Source of the DNA: Escherichia coli
GTDB taxonomy: Bacteria > Pseudomonadota > Gammaproteobacteria > Enterobacterales > Enterobacteriaceae
Length of the DNA stretch: 32,000 bases
Strand: one strand, 5' to 3'
Assembly: GCF_030036925.1 (NCBI RefSeq)
Contig: NZ_CP124483.1
This document shows, in pieces, positions 29,298 to 32,000 of the stretch (its first letter is position 1; every line of letters starts with the position of its first letter). The position numbers and the translations under genes were made by a program. Below the pieces are notes generated by a model. It worked only from the letters and a program-made list of their open reading frames with translations. It had not been told where the DNA came from and searched no databases.

Positions 29298-29640
29298 AGC
29301 AGATCTCTGTCAGTTCTTTAGTGTTAATCATTGCTGTCAGTTGGGCTTTCGTCAGGAAGGCATAATGCTTTGCAAGTTCACGAAACCCAGCCAGTTCCTG
29401 ACTATTAATGTTCGACATATCCTGTTTTGCATATAAAAACGTGTAAAACCAATTGCTTCCCCCTTTCGCCAGAATAATTGCACGCTCACGATTTCGGTGA
29501 AGGCGCTTTTTAAAAACGCCACCACCAAGTACATCAGCTTTACCTTGTTCCGTTTCTAAAATGGCCCGGCACAACTCTTCATCTGTTATTGCATGAGACC
29601 TGGCTTCCCTTGCAAACCATTTGGTTTTAAACACGCGCAT
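29281..29640 (-). CDS. RelE/HigB-like type II toxin
   Basis: 119 aa MRVFKTKWFAREARSHAITDEELCRAILETEQGKADVLGGGVFKKRLHRNRERAIILAKGGSNWFYTFLYAKQDMSNI, typical of the RelE/Gp49-like toxin family. Confidence 0.88.
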   Translation of the reverse strand: MRVFKTKWFAREARSHAITDEELCRAILETEQGKADVLGGGVFKKRLHRNRERAIILAKGGSNWFYTFLYAKQDMSNINSQELAGFRELAKHYAFLTKAQLTAMINTKELTEICYDCKN

Positions 29641-29659
29641 ATCGTTGAGATCCTGTTAT

Positions 29660-29688
29660 TAAAGTATATCACCAAGTGCAATACTTTA
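29660..29688. promoter_or_regulatory. Inverted-repeat candidate operator of the toxin-antitoxin operon
   Basis: TAAAGTAT - 13 nt - ATACTTTA, 20 bp upstream of the toxin ATG. Confidence 0.6.
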
Positions 29689-29867
29689 TCCCTTATTCCC
29701 AACCTAATCGCGAAAATGCATATCACCTTGCCCTATGATTTTTATTTCTTCGAGCAGCCTCGAACTTTTCCCACAACACCGTAAAAGTTGCAAAAACGTT
29801 AAATACGTCACACATTTCAATGTTAAAGTGGTCGGCTTTCCCTCTGAAACATGCCACGGGTAACACC

Positions 29868-31058
29868 ATGAGTGAATTTATTGCTGAAAACCGCGGCGCG
29901 GATGCCATCACCCGACCGAACTGGTCAGCCGTTTTCTCGGTGGCATTTTGCGTTGCCTGTCTTATTATCGTTGAGTTTTTGCCCGTCAGTTTGTTGACGC
30001 CAATGGCCCAGGATTTAGGCATTTCGGAAGGGGTTGCCGGGCAATCGGTGACCGTAACCGCTTTTGTGGCGATGTTTGCCAGTTTGTTTATTACCCAGAC
30101 CATTCAGGCCACTGACCGCCGCTACGTTGTCATTCTGTTCGCCGTTTTGCTGACGCTTTCCTGTTTGCTGGTTTCCTTTGCCAACTCATTCAGTCTGTTG
30201 TTAATCGGTCGCGCCTGTCTGGGGCTGGCGCTGGGCGGATTCTGGGCGATGTCGGCGTCGCTGACCATGCGTCTGGTACCGCCGCGTACGGTGCCGAAGG
30301 CGCTGTCGGTGATCTTCGGCGCGGTTTCTATTGCGCTGGTGATTGCCGCGCCGTTGGGCAGTTTTTTAGGCGAGCTTATCGGTTGGCGCAATGTCTTTAA
30401 TGCGGCGGCGGTGATGGGCGTGCTGTGTATTTTCTGGATTATCAAATCACTGCCTTCGCTGCCAGGCGAACCTTCGCATCAGAAACAAAATACTTTCCGC
30501 TTATTACAACGTCCGGGAGTGATGGCCGGGATGATCGCCATCTTTATGTCCTTTGCCGGACAGTTTGCTTTTTTCACTTATATTCGCCCAGTGTATATGA
30601 ATCTGGCGGGATTCGGTGTTGATGGCTTAACCCTGGTGCTGCTGAGTTTTGGTATCGCCAGCTTTGTCGGGACATCGCTTTCGTCGTTTATTCTCAAACG
30701 TTCGGTGAAACTGGCCTTAGCGGGCGCACCGTTTGTGCTCGCCCTGAGCGCGCTGGTACTGACGCTGTGGGGAAGCGATAAAATTGTTGCTACTGGTGTG
30801 GCGATTATCTGGGGGCTGACCTTTGCTTTAATTCCCGTTGGCTGGTCAACGTGGATCACTCGCTCACTGGCCGATCAGGCAGAAAAAGCCGGATCTATTC
30901 AGGTGGCCGTTATTCAGCTTGCCAATACCTGCGGTGCGGCAATCGGCGGTTATGCGTTGGATAACATTGGTCTGACTTCGCCGCTGATGTTGTCCGGCAC
31001 ATTGATGTTGCTGACTGCATTGTTGGTGACTGCAAAGGTGAAAATGAAGAAATCCTGA
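29868..31058 (+). CDS. nepI: Purine ribonucleoside efflux pump NepI
   Basis: 396-aa MFS protein from [43 protein letters not shown]. Confidence 0.96.
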   Translation: MSEFIAENRGADAITRPNWSAVFSVAFCVACLIIVEFLPVSLLTPMAQDLGISEGVAGQSVTVTAFVAMFASLFITQTIQATDRRYVVILFAVLLTLSCLLVSFANSFSLLLIGRACLGLALGGFWAMSASLTMRLVPPRTVPKALSVIFGAVSIALVIAAPLGSFLGELIGWRNVFNAAAVMGVLCIFWIIKSLPSLPGEPSHQKQNTFRLLQRPGVMAGMIAIFMSFAGQFAFFTYIRPVYMNLAGFGVDGLTLVLLSFGIASFVGTSLSSFILKRSVKLALAGAPFVLALSALVLTLWGSDKIVATGVAIIWGLTFALIPVGWSTWITRSLADQAEKAGSIQVAVIQLANTCGAAIGGYALDNIGLTSPLMLSGTLMLLTALLVTAKVKMKKS

Positions 31059-31098
31059 TATCAGGTAAAGAAGCGTTGGTCAGTGGTTGTTGCCGTTC

Positions 31099-31392
31099 TT
31101 ACATATCCGGGCATTCTACCTTACCCAACGCTTCCCAATAATTGCTCTGATTATTACGTTCCATCGCTACGATGGCTTCGCGTATGTGTTGTTTATTGCT
31201 TTCATCAGACAACATTAACTTTTCCCACGCTTCATCTGATAACGATGCCTGCGGGGTACAAATTTTACGTAAATCTTGCAATACCGTGGTTTTCTCTTTT
31301 GCCGACTGTAGGGAACTGAATGGCGACTCGGCCTGAGAAATGGCTGGAAAAATCAGGAATATGGTAATCATGAGTAGCATCGTTGGCTTCAT
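31099..31392 (-). CDS. yicS: Small secreted/periplasmic protein YicS
   Basis: 97 aa from MKPTMLLMITIFLIFPAISQAESPFSSLQSAKEKTTVLQDL; signal peptide with AQA-like cleavage site. Confidence 0.9.
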   Translation of the reverse strand: MKPTMLLMITIFLIFPAISQAESPFSSLQSAKEKTTVLQDLRKICTPQASLSDEAWEKLMLSDESNKQHIREAIVAMERNNQSNYWEALGKVECPDM

Positions 31393-31613
31393 AGCGGCAA
31401 CCTTCTGCAAATGTGCATCGAATGAAGCATAAGTGTAGTTTGCTTTTGCCGCTCTCATCATGCTGTACGAAAGGTGTTTGCGTGGTCAGTAAGAAGTGCC
31501 AGACTTTATATTCCACTTTTATTCCTTTTTATTCTTATCGATAGCGTTTCGTTTTTTAAACTGCAGCGACCTTACCGCTATAGTCAGGTAATCATTAATA
31601 AAAGGATAAAAAA

Positions 31614-32000
31614 ATGAAACTGACAACACATCATCTACGGGCGGGGGCCGCATTATTACTGGCAGGAGTTCTGCTGGCAGGTTGCGACCAGAGCAGTAGC
31701 GATGAAAAGCATATTAAAGTTGGCGTTATTAATGGCGCAGAACAAGATGTCGCGGAAGTCGCTAAAAAGGTAGCAAAAGAGAAATATGGCCTCGATGTTG
31801 AACTGGTAGGATTTAGCGGTTCGTTGCTACCGAACGATGCGACAAATCATGGCGAGCTTGATGCGAACGTCTTCCAGCATCGACCCTTTCTTGAACAAGA
31901 TAATCAGGCGCATGGTTATAAACTGGTAGCGGTGGGAAATACGTTTGTCTTCCCCATGGCGGGTTATTCCAAAAAAATCAAAACCGTGGCGCAAATAAAA
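31614..32000 (+). CDS. nlpA: Lipoprotein-28 NlpA (methionine-binding family), 3' end outside window
   Basis: MKLTTHHLRAGAALLLAGVLLAGCDQSSSDEKHIKVGVINGAEQDVAEVAKKVAKEKYG..., lipobox LAGC. Confidence 0.97.
   Translation, partial: MKLTTHHLRAGAALLLAGVLLAGCDQSSSDEKHIKVGVINGAEQDVAEVAKKVAKEKYGLDVELVGFSGSLLPNDATNHGELDANVFQHRPFLEQDNQAHGYKLVAVGNTFVFPMAGYSKKIKTVAQIK

Noticed and set aside
1-32000. CRISPR array, prophage, IS element or integrase/transposase
   Set aside because: No regularly spaced repeats and no recognisable transposase, integrase or phage structural ORF on either strand; the two accessory insertions lack obvious mobility genes.

Overview
This 32 kb window is almost entirely conserved Escherichia chromosomal backbone. 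It reads, with K-12 names, in reverse K-12 map order: 'dgoK-dgoA-dgoD-dgoT > < cbrA | yidR > < yidQ | ibpA-ibpB-yidE > < yidL | yidK-yidJ-yidH-yidG-yidF > < emrD | ivbL-ilvB-ilvN > < orphan membrane ORF | uhpA-uhpB-uhpC-uhpT > < ade | adeQ-yicN > < HigBA/RelE-type toxin-antitoxin pair | nepI > < yicS | nlpA'. I found no CRISPR array, rRNA or tRNA, and no transposase or integrase. Against that backbone, two insertions look like accessory DNA. The first is an AT-rich block between ilvN and uhpA (about 18.71-20.03 kb) with one 286-aa two-TM protein of unknown function on the minus strand and about 480 bp of AT-rich non-coding DNA. The second is a compact toxin-first type II toxin-antitoxin module (about 28.97-29.69 kb) with an inverted-repeat candidate operator. 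Several segments I expect from recalled K-12 gene order are missing: glvCBG-yidP between yidE and yidL, yidI between yidJ and yidH, and the tisB/istR SOS toxin-antitoxin locus between emrD and ivbL. Other notable points are a probable 12-aa extension of CbrA tied to a synonymous base in dgoT, a Ser at the usual Pro of the GQVP motif in IlvB, a ROSE-like RNA thermometer at ibpA, and a strong terminator-like hairpin about 25 nt upstream of the uhpA ATG. The best candidate for something undescribed is the orphan membrane ORF and its AT-rich flank. I cannot demonstrate a new system from sequence alone. All K-12 comparisons come from memory and need an alignment.
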